Below, in pieces: positions 26,701 through 38,500 of a stretch of DNA of 64,000 nt. The notes below the pieces were generated by a model. That model had not been told where the DNA came from. It saw only the letters and a program-made list of their open reading frames with translations, and made no database searches. Made by a program: the position numbers and the translations under genes. The first letter of the stretch is position 1. Each line of letters opens with the position of its first letter. Source of the DNA: a virus; the IMG/VR virus record IMGVR_UViG_3300024496_000012; one strand, given 5' to 3'.

Positions 26701-29700
26701 ATATGTCCTAGGTAAAAAGTTCTATGGCGATCCAAATCCTTTTATCAGCGACTACTACAGTGGCGGAGGATCAGCACCTGCAGGATATGAAATCGCATAT
26801 ACAAGTCAAAAATCAAACTTTGACGGACGCCAGCACAGCTGGACTATTACCAATGGCGGTGGTAACATCAAGATTAAATCTACTGGTGTCCCTTATCACA
26901 GTTTTGGAAACCCAGCAGGCGCAAACAATCCTAACGTAAAAGATTGGAACCTAACATTTAAGCTTCGTGCAGGAACTAACGTAGCATCGTTGACACATCC
27001 TGATGTAGGATATGGTCCTATTGGATTCTGGTTAAATGGTGTCGCTATGTTCTCACCTAGCGCAGCACAAGGTTCACCTAACGGATTTACTTCTATACCT
27101 GGATATACCTACAATGCATCATATGCAGCTGGCGAGGCACTAGGTTATTCATTTGGTGAAGATCTTGCAGGTGGTCATGCTACGCCTGATAGTACATATC
27201 ACTATCATGATTTTAGTTTTGCAGAAGCATGGACTACCGGTCTAGGTTCAACTATCGTTGGCACAGCGATTACTAGTACTAAGTTCAGCCTTAGTACATT
27301 CCCAGGCGGACCTATATTCCCTGTTCAAACACAAACAGCAGGTAATGTAGCTATTTTCTTGTTCGGCGGTGATGCAATCAAAGATATGTTCCATTTAAGA
27401 AACGGAACAGGTCTAAGAAATATGACGTTTACTGGACTGTTAGGTTCATTGAGCGGTATTAACGCTAATCAAACTCAGCGTCCCACAGGCGGTTCTTATT
27501 CAAGCCTTGACCCAGGACGTGGACCAAATGACTCACGTAGTTGGATTTACCAACGTTCTCCATACACACAGAACTGTTCTGTGTTCGGATATGGATGTAC
27601 TGGTATCAAGATTGACGGAGACCTACACAACGGTGGAAACAAATCAATCGTTGCCAACGACTACACAACTATTCTTTCAGGCGGTGTAGGCGTATGGTGT
27701 ACCGGACATAACGCACTAACAGAACTTGTTTCTGTGTTCGCATATTATTCTTATGCCGGTTACATCGCTGAAGGTGGAGGAAAGATTCGTGCAACTAACG
27801 GTAATACATCATATGGTACATATGGTGTTATCGCAGAAGGTTACGATCTTGCCGAAGTTCCTATCTCTGGAAATGTATACAACAAATCATCACAGATACA
27901 AGCATCAGTACAGAGCTCATTGAGCGGTAATGCCCAGCTAGTTGGTCTAAACTATAAGAATGCTGGTAATAACTATTTGACCAGTACACTAAACTTCTTA
28001 GACTACAGTAACGTCTATAACAACGTGGCGTGGAGCACTGATGGTAATGTTAGCATACAGAAAAACCAGATAGCACCTACAGGAAACTCCGAAGCATGGA
28101 CTCTTACAGGTACTACTGGCGGTACAGATAGTGCTTACATCTATCAATCAGTAGCGATACCAGCGGCAGGTAAAACTTATTCAGGCCTTTCAGCTACTAA
28201 CTTAACAGGTAGTGGTATCGGTGCATTATTTGACATAACTGTTACAAGTACCGGTTATGTAGTTTCGGTCAATCAAGGCGGTAGCGGCTATGTTACTGGA
28301 AACCAGATGTTCGTACCTGGCGATCAGCTAGGTGGTCTAGTAACTACTAATGATTGTACAATCACTGTAACTTCACTAAGCGGCTCGGCTATATTAACAG
28401 TTAGTGTAACTGGAACAGTTCCGCAGAACAGTGCTAGAAACTATACTCTTAGTGCTTATGTAAAATATGGAAATGTTCCATCGGTTGATCTTTACGGAAC
28501 ATTTAGCGGTAATACCACAGTTAGAAGTTCAGTAAACTATAACTTCCTCACAGGTGTAACCACAGCCAGCAGCGACGGAACTGGATTTGTTCCTTCACAA
28601 TACGGCGTTGTGGTGTTGCCAAACGGATGGTATAGACTATGGATGGCCGTAAATGATGTAACCGGTCTTAATACCAATCTAGAATATAGATTATATGCAC
28701 GTGGTAGAAATAACGGTGCAGGATATACTTATTTCTATGGTTCTCAACTAGAGCTTTCAACAAACACTGGTAAACCTAGTTTCTATTTTGAAACTGATAA
28801 TAACAACTACACTTCATATGCCAACTTCAACATACAAGGTGCTGGTACTGGAGCTCTTGTAGTCGGCGATGAAAATAGAACACAGTCAGTATTCCAGACA
28901 CGTATCACTGATCTTTCCGGAAGCGGAACTCCTGGTGGAGCTGGTTATCTAACAGCTAGTAATAACGCCCAAGGCGGTACTGATACCTATGTATTATTAG
29001 CAGGATCAGACACTAAGTCAGATACCAACTATGTAGGTATGAATGTCTTTATTAATAGTGGAACAGGTGCTGGTCAATATGGTACTATCAGTTATTTTGA
29101 CAGTGGCAATAGTAAACGTGCCAACGTATTGAAGCCTTCCTTTAAACAGTTGAACATCACAGCAACAACAAGCAGTACTAATAACTTTACTCTTGGTTCA
29201 GGATCTAACGTGTCTCAGCTGTATGTTGGAATGCCATGTGAGTTTACGCCAACCTATTATACAACATCGACCACAAATACAAGTACAGGAACTGTGCTAG
29301 TCACAGCAGTATCTGGCGGTATTTACAATCTTGTAACTGTGGCTACAACAGCTCAGTTGAGAGTAAACCAGCCTATTAAGTTTTTTGCATCAGACAATAC
29401 ACAAGCTATGTTTGGTGGTATTACTCCTGATTATTTCTACTATATTTCGTCGATCATTGATAGTACAACCATACAGATTACTGCTACTATCTATGGACCT
29501 GTTGCACAGTTAGTGACAGCCACTGGTCAGATGACTATGAGTTTCCCTGCAGGAAATAGTTTTATCACTGTAGGCAGCACAGCAAATATGCTACCAAACT
29601 TAGTTGCACAGTTTACCGGTGGAACCGCACTCGGAGGACTCACACTAGGAAATACCTACTACATACAAGATATCATAGATGGATATAACTTTACTATTTC

Positions 29701-32473
29701 TAATAGTCTAGTAACTGTAGCTCCAACAGCCGTGGCATCGACTGGTAACTTGATTACAGTGTCATCGACCTCTACGTTGATTCCATTGAATCCGATCGTA
29801 TTTGCAGGAACTACAACTGGAACCAATATCGTAGAAGGAACAAAATATTATATCAGCAAGATAGTCAGTGCAAATACTTTCCAGATTTCTAGCAGCATTT
29901 TGTCAACACAGGCAACAGCTACTCAGATAACAACTAACCTAATCACTGTAGGATCGACAGCTGGTTTCCAAGCTAATAACCCAGTGGTATTCATAGGAAA
30001 TACATTTGGAAACGTACAGGCAGAAGTAGTATATTATATCCTAGCGGTTAACAATGCCACTTCATTTACGATCAGCCAGACTCCTGGCGGATCAGCAGTT
30101 GGATTGATTAACGCTACTGGTAATGTGCTAGTAAGGACATCACCAGCAGCATTTAACCCAGGTACTAACGCCAGCGTTTCTAATCTAACAGGAACCTCAA
30201 CAAGTACAAAGACTAATGTGACAACTTCTACAGGTACTATGAATGTACAGTTCAGAACATCATTATTTGGTGGTCCAGTATCTGGAACAACATATTATGT
30301 CAATACTATTGACTCGAATAACAACACATTCACAGTAACAGCTTCTCAAGGTAGTGGCATATCATTTAATCTAGCAACCAAAACTGGTGCTATGAAACTT
30401 GGTGCTAGTGGTTGGGATCATATTATTCCAGGAACACCGGCGATATCTCCATTAGATAGTTCTACTGTTTACTTTATAGAACCGAAACTAGAGTTTACAG
30501 ACCCAACATTCTCTCAGACAGCTGGTACTATGAGCATACTACCCCCAACTAATAACTGGGTTGATGTAGCTTATGGCGATGGCGATGGTTATTGGATCGC
30601 GATCGCCAATGGTGGTTCGACAGCATCTAGGACATCAGACGGCCTTAACTGGTCTAATGTTCCGTTGCCAACCAGTGGAAACTGGACTGGAATCGCCTAC
30701 GGTCAAGGTGCATGGGTTATCATTAGCTCAGGTGGAGCGACTAACTCTACAGTGCTAGTATCATTTAACAATGGTAATGGATGGAGACCATTTACCCTTC
30801 CGTCATCAACAACATGGACCAGTGTCGCATATGGAAATGGTAAATTCGTAGCGATAGCTTCAAACTCTACTACAGCAGCATATTCAACAAACTCTGGACA
30901 GACATGGGCCAGTGGTTCTGGATTGCCAAATCAAGCATGGGTCAAAGTGGTATATGGCAAGGGAGTCTTTGTCGCTATCGCTGCATCAGGCACCGTAGCA
31001 GCAAAATCTACAGATGGAATAAACTGGACTTCAGTGACATTACCGATCAGTGCTACTTGGAGCGATATTGCATACGGTAACAATAGATTCTTGATAGTAT
31101 CAAGTGCAAGTTCTAAGACCATTTATAGCTTTGATCTAACTACATGGTATCAATCTAACTTGGCCATCACAGGAACTAGCGTAGCATATGGTCAGGGAGT
31201 GTTCCTCGCAGTCAACGCCAGTGCTAACCAAGCATGGACTACTGATGATTGCGTACAATGGATTTCAAGATCAGTATCTTCAGATGCCTATGGAAATCTC
31301 CAATGGGGCGTTAACATGACAACCGGCATTGGTTACTTTGTCACTGTTGCTGCTCAAACAGCAGGTTCAAGGATTATTGCTGGTGTGAAAACTAAAGCTA
31401 GACCAACAGTGGTTAGCAATATCATCACATCGATTAGTTTATTTGAACCTGGATCAGGTTATAGTTCTTCACCAACAGTTACCATCACAGATCCAAACGT
31501 ACAAACTCCAGCTACATTGCAGCCAAGAGTAGGTAATGGATCATTGGCAAACCCAACTTTTATTAATAAAGGATCGGGCTACAATACTACAACTACAACT
31601 ATCGCTATCAGTGGTAACGGTTATGCCGACGACTATCAGACTGGCCTATCATTGATTATCAAGAATCTTACCAAGCTACCAAGACCAGGCGATAACTTGA
31701 GTATCGCTGGTAATGATAAGATCTACAAGGTCACAAATGCAACAATTATGTTTGGTACGACAGCTCCAAATATTGAAGCTAACGTACAGATATCTCCAGA
31801 TATGACTGTGGCATTGAGTCCTGAAGATAATACAGCAATATTGATACGTCAGCAGTACAGCCAAGCAAGACTAACTGGACACGATTTCTTGAACATCGGT
31901 ACTGGTGATGTTGTAGCTACTAACTATCCTATTGTTGATGTTAACGAAACACAACCACAGAATCAAACTGTTGAAGTTGACTATGGTCGTGTATTCTACA
32001 CTAGCACCGACCAAGATGGTAACTTTAAAGTTGGTACATTGTTTGGTGTTGAACAGGCAACAGGTATTATTACATTAAGTGCTTCGCAGTTTGGATTGTC
32101 TGGACTTGAAACACTTTCTCTAGGTGGTATTGCAGTCGGCGGAGCCAGCGTGGTGATCAAACAGTTTAGTACAGATCAGACGTTTGTGGCCAACTCTAAC
32201 AATATTGTACCTACACAAAAAGCTATCAAAGCATATTTGACCAGTCGTTTGAGCCAAGGTGGTTCTAACACGTTTACTGGACAGTTGATAGCAGGTGTCG
32301 TACTAGTTGGTGGTCCTAACAAGATCGCAAGCACGATACCAGAAGGCACACAGGGTTCGGGATTAAAAGTGCTTAACGTAGCACTATTTGGTAAAAACGG
32401 CGGATACGGACAGTGGGACGGAGACGGAATGGCTCTTGAGTTTTACATGAAGGGAGCATTCTTCCGAGGCTAA
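23783..32473 (+). CDS. Giant multidomain virion/fibre protein A (2896 aa)
   Basis: N-terminal W...Y..GD.V.YGG..Y.C carbohydrate-binding-like repeats, permuted YHYH domain, beta-helix region, CBM-like domain, W..(I/V)AYG.G propeller repeats, C-terminal RLTGHDFL...STDQDGNF.VG domain. Confidence 0.85.
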   Translation: MAAEFKIARLRYNWAGQWVTGEFYNRDAVVQYNGKTYICLIPHNASDFYNDLAHVTPSGAITPYWELSVDGKTWKQEWTSNTYYSLGNIVTYGGVVYVCSESHTSSNNPQPQIDLSKWVTLSTFTKWDNAWTPNTVYGKGDTVKYGGIVYECNTNHISAVDVATGLESDQSKWSLVNNGIEYKGTWMSNVRYKLNDIVYRSPDLYICTAGHTSGTYDSSITFDPTKWQIWMPGLELQTTWSQFAIYNPGDVVIYGGYTYVCTEENNQNNIPSMSSLSWSILTQGFNMKAEWDGMQSYKIGDVVRKGGILFEAAQDVPATTQQLDTDPTSYVVSTSVTSATGTTLVVTSTAAIRPGMIITGPGFTIGQRVSQVTDGTTLVMDRGPDGVSTNGDTVTFTGVNYVYWTPLVMGLNYLARWQYSTNSSPIVYSVGDVVYWQNFTYRCIRNHSASTKIDIIMNRPDLDTANMYWVKLVAHAPKNAMNQLGDLETYVSGYTNTAIAIGEKDKVLKASSKLPTWSTINEITNVFYVSTTQGVDDTQHGTSWDKPFATIKYACDKILEGTFFHNARYLAEANRDWIIEEMWQYMLYAKANSLDGFTPSSVFDETKTRRDAGFILEAVLYDLGRGGNGQTVMQTLAYFVDGSKTQFYNAGTEAVMPYIIAAINKIQSLVIQNAITSTPLLPINDYQVLNNIPVDLRVPQITDAANHPLETGAIDAINALFALPISAFTSHSTTGLPPANQGITSTIFVKTGTYKETLPITVPEMTAIVGDELRGTVVQPNIVINTVVKSSSSADNSFTVITTEGLNHGTPVQFSGAIDIGAPTKTIGGTTTGTTFYVNDTNAANVGVPEVNEIEYLNGSLTHPDGHSKILGFALDGYPVYGPYGYSQATNANSATKRMQSGYTLNSPSTRVAPATNVSQYPMGMFNEDWSFTNPQGTDLDLYNGRYCVTPDYPNGTYAYFCTIDANGDPAYPYVLGKKFYGDPNPFISDYYSGGGSAPAGYEIAYTSQKSNFDGRQHSWTITNGGGNIKIKSTGVPYHSFGNPAGANNPNVKDWNLTFKLRAGTNVASLTHPDVGYGPIGFWLNGVAMFSPSAAQGSPNGFTSIPGYTYNASYAAGEALGYSFGEDLAGGHATPDSTYHYHDFSFAEAWTTGLGSTIVGTAITSTKFSLSTFPGGPIFPVQTQTAGNVAIFLFGGDAIKDMFHLRNGTGLRNMTFTGLLGSLSGINANQTQRPTGGSYSSLDPGRGPNDSRSWIYQRSPYTQNCSVFGYGCTGIKIDGDLHNGGNKSIVANDYTTILSGGVGVWCTGHNALTELVSVFAYYSYAGYIAEGGGKIRATNGNTSYGTYGVIAEGYDLAEVPISGNVYNKSSQIQASVQSSLSGNAQLVGLNYKNAGNNYLTSTLNFLDYSNVYNNVAWSTDGNVSIQKNQIAPTGNSEAWTLTGTTGGTDSAYIYQSVAIPAAGKTYSGLSATNLTGSGIGALFDITVTSTGYVVSVNQGGSGYVTGNQMFVPGDQLGGLVTTNDCTITVTSLSGSAILTVSVTGTVPQNSARNYTLSAYVKYGNVPSVDLYGTFSGNTTVRSSVNYNFLTGVTTASSDGTGFVPSQYGVVVLPNGWYRLWMAVNDVTGLNTNLEYRLYARGRNNGAGYTYFYGSQLELSTNTGKPSFYFETDNNNYTSYANFNIQGAGTGALVVGDENRTQSVFQTRITDLSGSGTPGGAGYLTASNNAQGGTDTYVLLAGSDTKSDTNYVGMNVFINSGTGAGQYGTISYFDSGNSKRANVLKPSFKQLNITATTSSTNNFTLGSGSNVSQLYVGMPCEFTPTYYTTSTTNTSTGTVLVTAVSGGIYNLVTVATTAQLRVNQPIKFFASDNTQAMFGGITPDYFYYISSIIDSTTIQITATIYGPVAQLVTATGQMTMSFPAGNSFITVGSTANMLPNLVAQFTGGTALGGLTLGNTYYIQDIIDGYNFTISNSLVTVAPTAVASTGNLITVSSTSTLIPLNPIVFAGTTTGTNIVEGTKYYISKIVSANTFQISSSILSTQATATQITTNLITVGSTAGFQANNPVVFIGNTFGNVQAEVVYYILAVNNATSFTISQTPGGSAVGLINATGNVLVRTSPAAFNPGTNASVSNLTGTSTSTKTNVTTSTGTMNVQFRTSLFGGPVSGTTYYVNTIDSNNNTFTVTASQGSGISFNLATKTGAMKLGASGWDHIIPGTPAISPLDSSTVYFIEPKLEFTDPTFSQTAGTMSILPPTNNWVDVAYGDGDGYWIAIANGGSTASRTSDGLNWSNVPLPTSGNWTGIAYGQGAWVIISSGGATNSTVLVSFNNGNGWRPFTLPSSTTWTSVAYGNGKFVAIASNSTTAAYSTNSGQTWASGSGLPNQAWVKVVYGKGVFVAIAASGTVAAKSTDGINWTSVTLPISATWSDIAYGNNRFLIVSSASSKTIYSFDLTTWYQSNLAITGTSVAYGQGVFLAVNASANQAWTTDDCVQWISRSVSSDAYGNLQWGVNMTTGIGYFVTVAAQTAGSRIIAGVKTKARPTVVSNIITSISLFEPGSGYSSSPTVTITDPNVQTPATLQPRVGNGSLANPTFINKGSGYNTTTTTIAISGNGYADDYQTGLSLIIKNLTKLPRPGDNLSIAGNDKIYKVTNATIMFGTTAPNIEANVQISPDMTVALSPEDNTAILIRQQYSQARLTGHDFLNIGTGDVVATNYPIVDVNETQPQNQTVEVDYGRVFYTSTDQDGNFKVGTLFGVEQATGIITLSASQFGLSGLETLSLGGIAVGGASVVIKQFSTDQTFVANSNNIVPTQKAIKAYLTSRLSQGGSNTFTGQLIAGVVLVGGPNKIASTIPEGTQGSGLKVLNVALFGKNGGYGQWDGDGMALEFYMKGAFFRG

Positions 32474-32494
32474 AAAGCGTGTATTTAAAGTTTA

Positions 32495-32502
32495 GATAAA
32501 TA
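32495..32502 (+). promoter_or_regulatory. Late promoter box GATAAATA
   Basis: In the 50-nt gap between the two giant genes; GAGG SD follows. Confidence 0.65.
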
Positions 32503-32522
32503 CTTTCGAGGATTGAAACAAA

Positions 32523-35500
32523 ATGGCAGAATTTAAACTAGGTAGGATCAAATTTGTTTATCAAGGAACTTGGCAGACTGGCCAGTCCTATGTCGTTGAC
32601 GACGTTGTAACCGTCAGCGGTAAGACTTATATCTGTGTGATAAGTCATAATTCAAGCGCAGCATTCACAACTGATTTATCAGCGAATCCTAGCAAATGGA
32701 ACTTAATGGCAGATGGTCTTGCATGGAGAGGAACTTGGACCGCTACCACATACTATAATAAAGGCGATCTCGTCAAATACGGCGGAATCGTTTATCAGTG
32801 TAATACGGCTCACACTTCGGCGACATTCACAGGTCCAACCTACCTAGGACTAGAAAATGATCAGTCTAAGTGGGACGTATTTTCAACGGCTTTTAACTGG
32901 ACTGGCGCATGGGCCACAGGTACACGCTATAAGAAAAACGACTTTGTCACATATGGTGGCTATACCTACATATGTAACACGGCTCACATCAGTGATGCTA
33001 GCTCGTCAAACGGACTCGAAGTAGACCAAGCAAAATGGGATACTTTCAATGCTGGTGTTATCTACCAAGGTGCATGGGCAGGAACAACTCGTTATAAATT
33101 AAATGATGTTGTAAAATATGGCGCAGACCTATGGATTTGCACCACACAACATACTTCAAGCGGAACATTTGATAACACTAAGTTCTCAATGTTTGTTAAC
33201 GGACTACAGTTTGAGAATAGCTGGGTTGGCGGAACAACTTATCAAATTGGTGATGTAGTAACCTATGGTGGTTACAGCTACATCTGCAAACAGAATCATT
33301 CAACTAGTCAAACACCTAGCGCAGTTAGTTCAGCATACTGGGATGTTTATACAACTGGTTTCAGTTTCCAAGGCGACTGGAACTCAGGTACTAGCTACAA
33401 GGTAGGACATGTTGTACGCCTAGGCGGCTACACCTATGTAGCTACAGTAGATAGTCTAAATCAAACACCACCTAATACTAGCTATTGGGCAAGACTAAAC
33501 AGTGGACTACGTTGGGCAGCAACTTCGGGATCATACACTGGACTTTCAGCTACTAACATCAGCAGCTCTGGAAGTAGCGCAGTATTCACAGTTACACGAG
33601 CAGGAACAGTTTATTCAGCTACAGCAACAACGCCAGGCAGTGGTTATGCGATCAATGATACATTAAAAATCCTTGGTACTAGTCTGGGTGGTCTAAGTCC
33701 AGTTAACGATGTTATCTTAACAGTTACTGGAGTCACTTCTGGCGGGATTACTGCGGTATCATGTACTGGTATTTCTACAACTTGGACATCGGGAACAACT
33801 TATGTACTAGGTGATGTAACTTTCTGGGGATCGAGCTCATACATTTGCGTAAGCGCACACGTAGCAGCCACCGGAAATAGACCAGACAACGACACGACAG
33901 CAACTTATTGGAACCTATTAGCTAACGGTACAGAAACAGCCGTACTAACAACCAAAGGTGATATGTTCTATTATGGACCAAACGGCGCAACCAGATTGCC
34001 TGTTGGTACAGATGGACAGGTTTTACGTGTAAACTCAAATAGCTACCCAGCATGGGCCTACTATGGTCAAATCAATAACTTGGTATGGGTAGCACCTAGC
34101 GGTGTAGATACACTAGACGATGGCACAGGCACAACCATTGATAAACCTTGGAAGAGTGTTCGCTATGCAGCACAAAAGATTGAAGAAGGTTATCTAAATC
34201 GCCAAGCAGGACTATTGCTAGCAAAGAATAAACAGTTCGTACTTAAAGAAATCGACAACTTTGTTCAATATACCTACAAGGCAACTATTACTAGCACAAA
34301 TGCTTCTAATCAGTTTGTTGCAGCAGATACCGGAGGATTACGTGTCAACATGCCTGTGGTGTTTACAACAACCATCGGCGGTGTAACTGTTGGAACACAG
34401 TACTATATCAAGACGATCGATAGTTCAACATTGTTTACTATCAGCAACACACGTGGCGGTTCGACAAGAACACTAACACAACAGACTGGTGCTCAAACTG
34501 TATCATATAATAACGTTTCTGCAAAGACACAACGTGATACTGGTTATGTGTTAGATGGTATCATCTTTGATATCACACATAGCGGAACTAGCAAGACGAT
34601 TGCAAATGCATCAGCTTACTACACTAGTGCAGGAACAGCTTATGCTACCAACGTTGATGCAGGTGAAATAACTGTGTTTACTGAAACACACGAATACCTA
34701 AAAACATTGGTTGCCAACATCCTAGGAAATGTTCCACCAGCTAATAACTATCAGACTCTAAATGGAATCTCTGTAGGTTCTCAGGCTCTTCAGATCATTG
34801 ATAACACATTGACTGCAGAAACAGGAACTACTCAGAGTGCTCAAGACTTGATACAAGTTATTAAGGCAGGAGTAAGTGCCGGCACAGCAACTGGTATTCC
34901 AACACCGATACAACCAACTACTACAATACGTATCACAACTGGTACATTTAACGAAGTAACACCTATTAATATTCCAAGCTATACAGCTATCGTAGGTGAC
35001 GAACTTAGAACCAGTGTTGTACAACCAGCATCAGCTAATAAATTTTTAGTCAATGACGAAACAAGATCTACAGCAGCTATTCAACGACTAAGAGCTATAG
35101 TACCTAACCTAATGTCAAATACACCTGTTACCCCTACTACAGGTAACACTGTATCTCAGGTTACATCATTACCAGCAGGTAGTGTAGGTAGTACATTGGC
35201 TACAAGCAGAATAACAAAACTAGCAGATACCGTTTATGATGTGTTTACTAATGGTATTAACAGCTTACCTGATTTCCAGATTCCAGATCCAACAAACTAT
35301 GGAACTTCATTAACTGACACTGCCTACGCAGCTACAGGTTATGCAAGTGGAGCAACTACTGGATTTGACCTAGGTCGCGCACAGATCATCCAGAACTATG
35401 CGTTCTTGAAAGCAGACGTAAGTCAATATCTAATCAATAACTATAACTCAGTATGGACTGCTCTAGGTGCAACAGGCCAAGCAAAATGTCAACGTGACGT

Positions 35501-38500
35501 CGGCTATATCCTAGATGCTATCGTCTATGATATAACCTATGGCGGTAATACACAGAGCTTGATCGCGGGTAGTTCGTACTATTCTTACTACCAGCTAACT
35601 ATCGCTAACTCGGAACTAACTGCTACCAAGGCAGCATATGCATATCTAAAAGCTCAAGTATCGGCTATCGTTACTAAGACTGCTGTAGCCGCAGCCGGTA
35701 ACGTTACTCCTATTGTGACTACTGGTACTGCTGGTTCTGCTGCCGCAGCAGCATTTGCCGGCGATCGTGTACAGAACGTATATGATTGGCTCAACAACGG
35801 AACCGCTCCAGCAACAGTGCAACCAGCGACATCGTGGGTATCTGCAAGTCTAGTAGCTGCTCGTGCAGCATTACAGGCTCGCAGAAGCGAAATCGCTGCA
35901 GATGCTAGTGCATGGGTCAAGAAGTTCTTCCAAAATGTCAACTTTGTTGAAGCAACATGTCAACGTGACGTTGGTCTAATGGTCGATGCATTTGGATACG
36001 ATCTAATGTTCAACTCAAACTATGCCAGCATCGTAGCAGGCATGAGTTACTCTCGTTCATTGACATCTACTGCTAAAGTAACTGGAAGCCAGTTCCAAGC
36101 TCAACAAGGATTTATTGAGTTCTTAAAGAGCAAGTGCAGAATCATAGCAGCCAGCGGAAGTGCAGCTCAAGTAGATGCATGCCTATATGATCTAATCAGC
36201 ACTATCAACAATGGTGGTGTTCCAAGATTCCAATGGCCAGATCCAAGCACTATCAACAGTGGTTATGCAGCAGCTAAGATGGCTCTGTATGACAACGTCG
36301 AGTTCTTACAAGCAGAAGTTATCGCATATATTGCGGCTAACTATCCAGCTGTGTCATATGACAGCAACATCTGCAAGAGAGATGTAAGATATGTCATCGA
36401 TGCTCTACGTTATGATTTAACCTATGGCGGAAACTTTGCTAGCACACAAGCAGGTAAGAAATATTACTCTGCGTTGACCAGCACATTGCAGATAGCCAGT
36501 GGCGAGAAAGCAGCCACATTGGCTGCATATGGTTACCTAAGCACATTGGCTCAAAGTGTGGCACAAAATACACTAGTGGCCAGTCCACTGCAAGGTTCAG
36601 TTACACAGGTAAGGACCAAAGGTACACAGACTGTAGGTTCAGCAGGCGCTGCCACACAGATTGGTACATTGATGACTACTATTACAAACATCATCAATAA
36701 CGGTCTAACAACAGGTGTTCCAACACTGACTATCACAGCTATCGCTAGCGGTAATACATTTACATCAAATGGTCACGGTCTAGCAGTAGGTGACATGATC
36801 ACAGCACAAACTACTACAAATGGTTTGATTGCTGGTACTATCTATTATGTACAGAGCTTTGCTACAAACACATTTACACTAAGTTCAAGCTATCTAGGTG
36901 CAGCTCTATCAGGATTCACTAACGGTACTGGTTTAACTATTACAGTAGAAAAGACCAACATGCCGTCGATCACAGGTGTAAGCACAGAACTACAAACTGC
37001 TTATCAAACATTGAGCGGAGCAAAGGCCGCAATACAAGCAGCAGTGTTATCTTTTATTAACACTAACTACTCAACATTGACCTACAATCAGGCAACATGT
37101 TCAAGAGACGTTGGTTTTATTATTGATTCTATTGCCTACGACTTTATGTTTAATAGTAACTTCCGATCAGTTGTATCAGGAAGAACATATTATACATCAC
37201 AGGCTTCGCTAGTGATCGCAGGACAAAAAGAAGCTACTATCTCTGCAATGAACTATCTAAAAACACAGATAGCAGCATCAGTATATTCTAGCACAACCGC
37301 ACAGACCAGAGCTAATAACTTGATGGATATCATCATCAAGATTCTAACAACTGGTATTGGTACTGCTGCAACTGCTGAACTAAGTCCAGAAATCAACGGA
37401 ACAGTGACCTATGAAAACACATTGGCCACAATCCAGGGTGCAGAAATATTACGTGCAAACTCTGATTTTATCGCAGCAGAACTAGCTGCCTTTACTACAG
37501 TTAACAACTCTGCTACAGTGACTAACACCACAGTTAGCACCAATGTTATCACTACTAGCACAGCACATAATCTAGTAGTTGGTGATCCTGTACAGTTCTC
37601 AGCAGTAACGATTAATGCAACGGCTACACAGACATTTGCCAGCACCGATGGTGTAAGACCTAATCAAATATTAGTAACATCAACCGCTGGTATGGTCGTG
37701 AATATGCCAATCATATTCACTGGTACAGTATTTGGTGGCATCACACAAAACAGTACCTATTATATCAAATCGCTGCCAGGTGGTAACTACATCACTATTA
37801 GTTCTGTAAGCGGCGGAACCACAACTAACCTAACAGCAGGAACTGGTTCTACAGCATTTACAGCAGGTGGTCTATTTGGAAATCTAGTAGCCAACACAGT
37901 ATATTGGGTCTTGACAACTCCAAGTACTACAACATTTACAGTTACCGCTACAAACGGAAGTTCGCAACCATTCTCGTTGACAACAGCTAGCGGTGTTGCT
38001 ACAAGCTTCTACTATTTTGATCAAGCAAAGTGCAAGAGAGATACCGCAGAGTATGTCAAGGCGCTGGTATATGATCTACAATACACAGGTAACTACAAGA
38101 CACTACAAGCAGCTATGTGGTACAATAACTCTGTGACAGGTTCTACTGCACAGGATATGTTCCGTGTAAGAAATGCGACAGGTCTACGTAACTGCACATT
38201 GAATGGTCTATATGGACCATACGGTGGTCTAACAAATGCTAACAGCTATGGAACCAAGCGTCCTACAGCTGGCGCATTCGTAGCTCTTGATCCAGGATTT
38301 GGTCCAAACGACACTAACGTTTGGGTAACGAATCGTTCACACTATAGTCAGAACGTGACCATGTTTGGTACTGGTTGTACTGGTGCCAAGATTGATGCAG
38401 CCCTACACAATGGCGGCAACAAGTCTATGGTTAAGAATGACTTTACAACAATCCTAAGTGATGGTATTGGTGTATGGTGTACAGGTAGCGGCTCGTTAAC

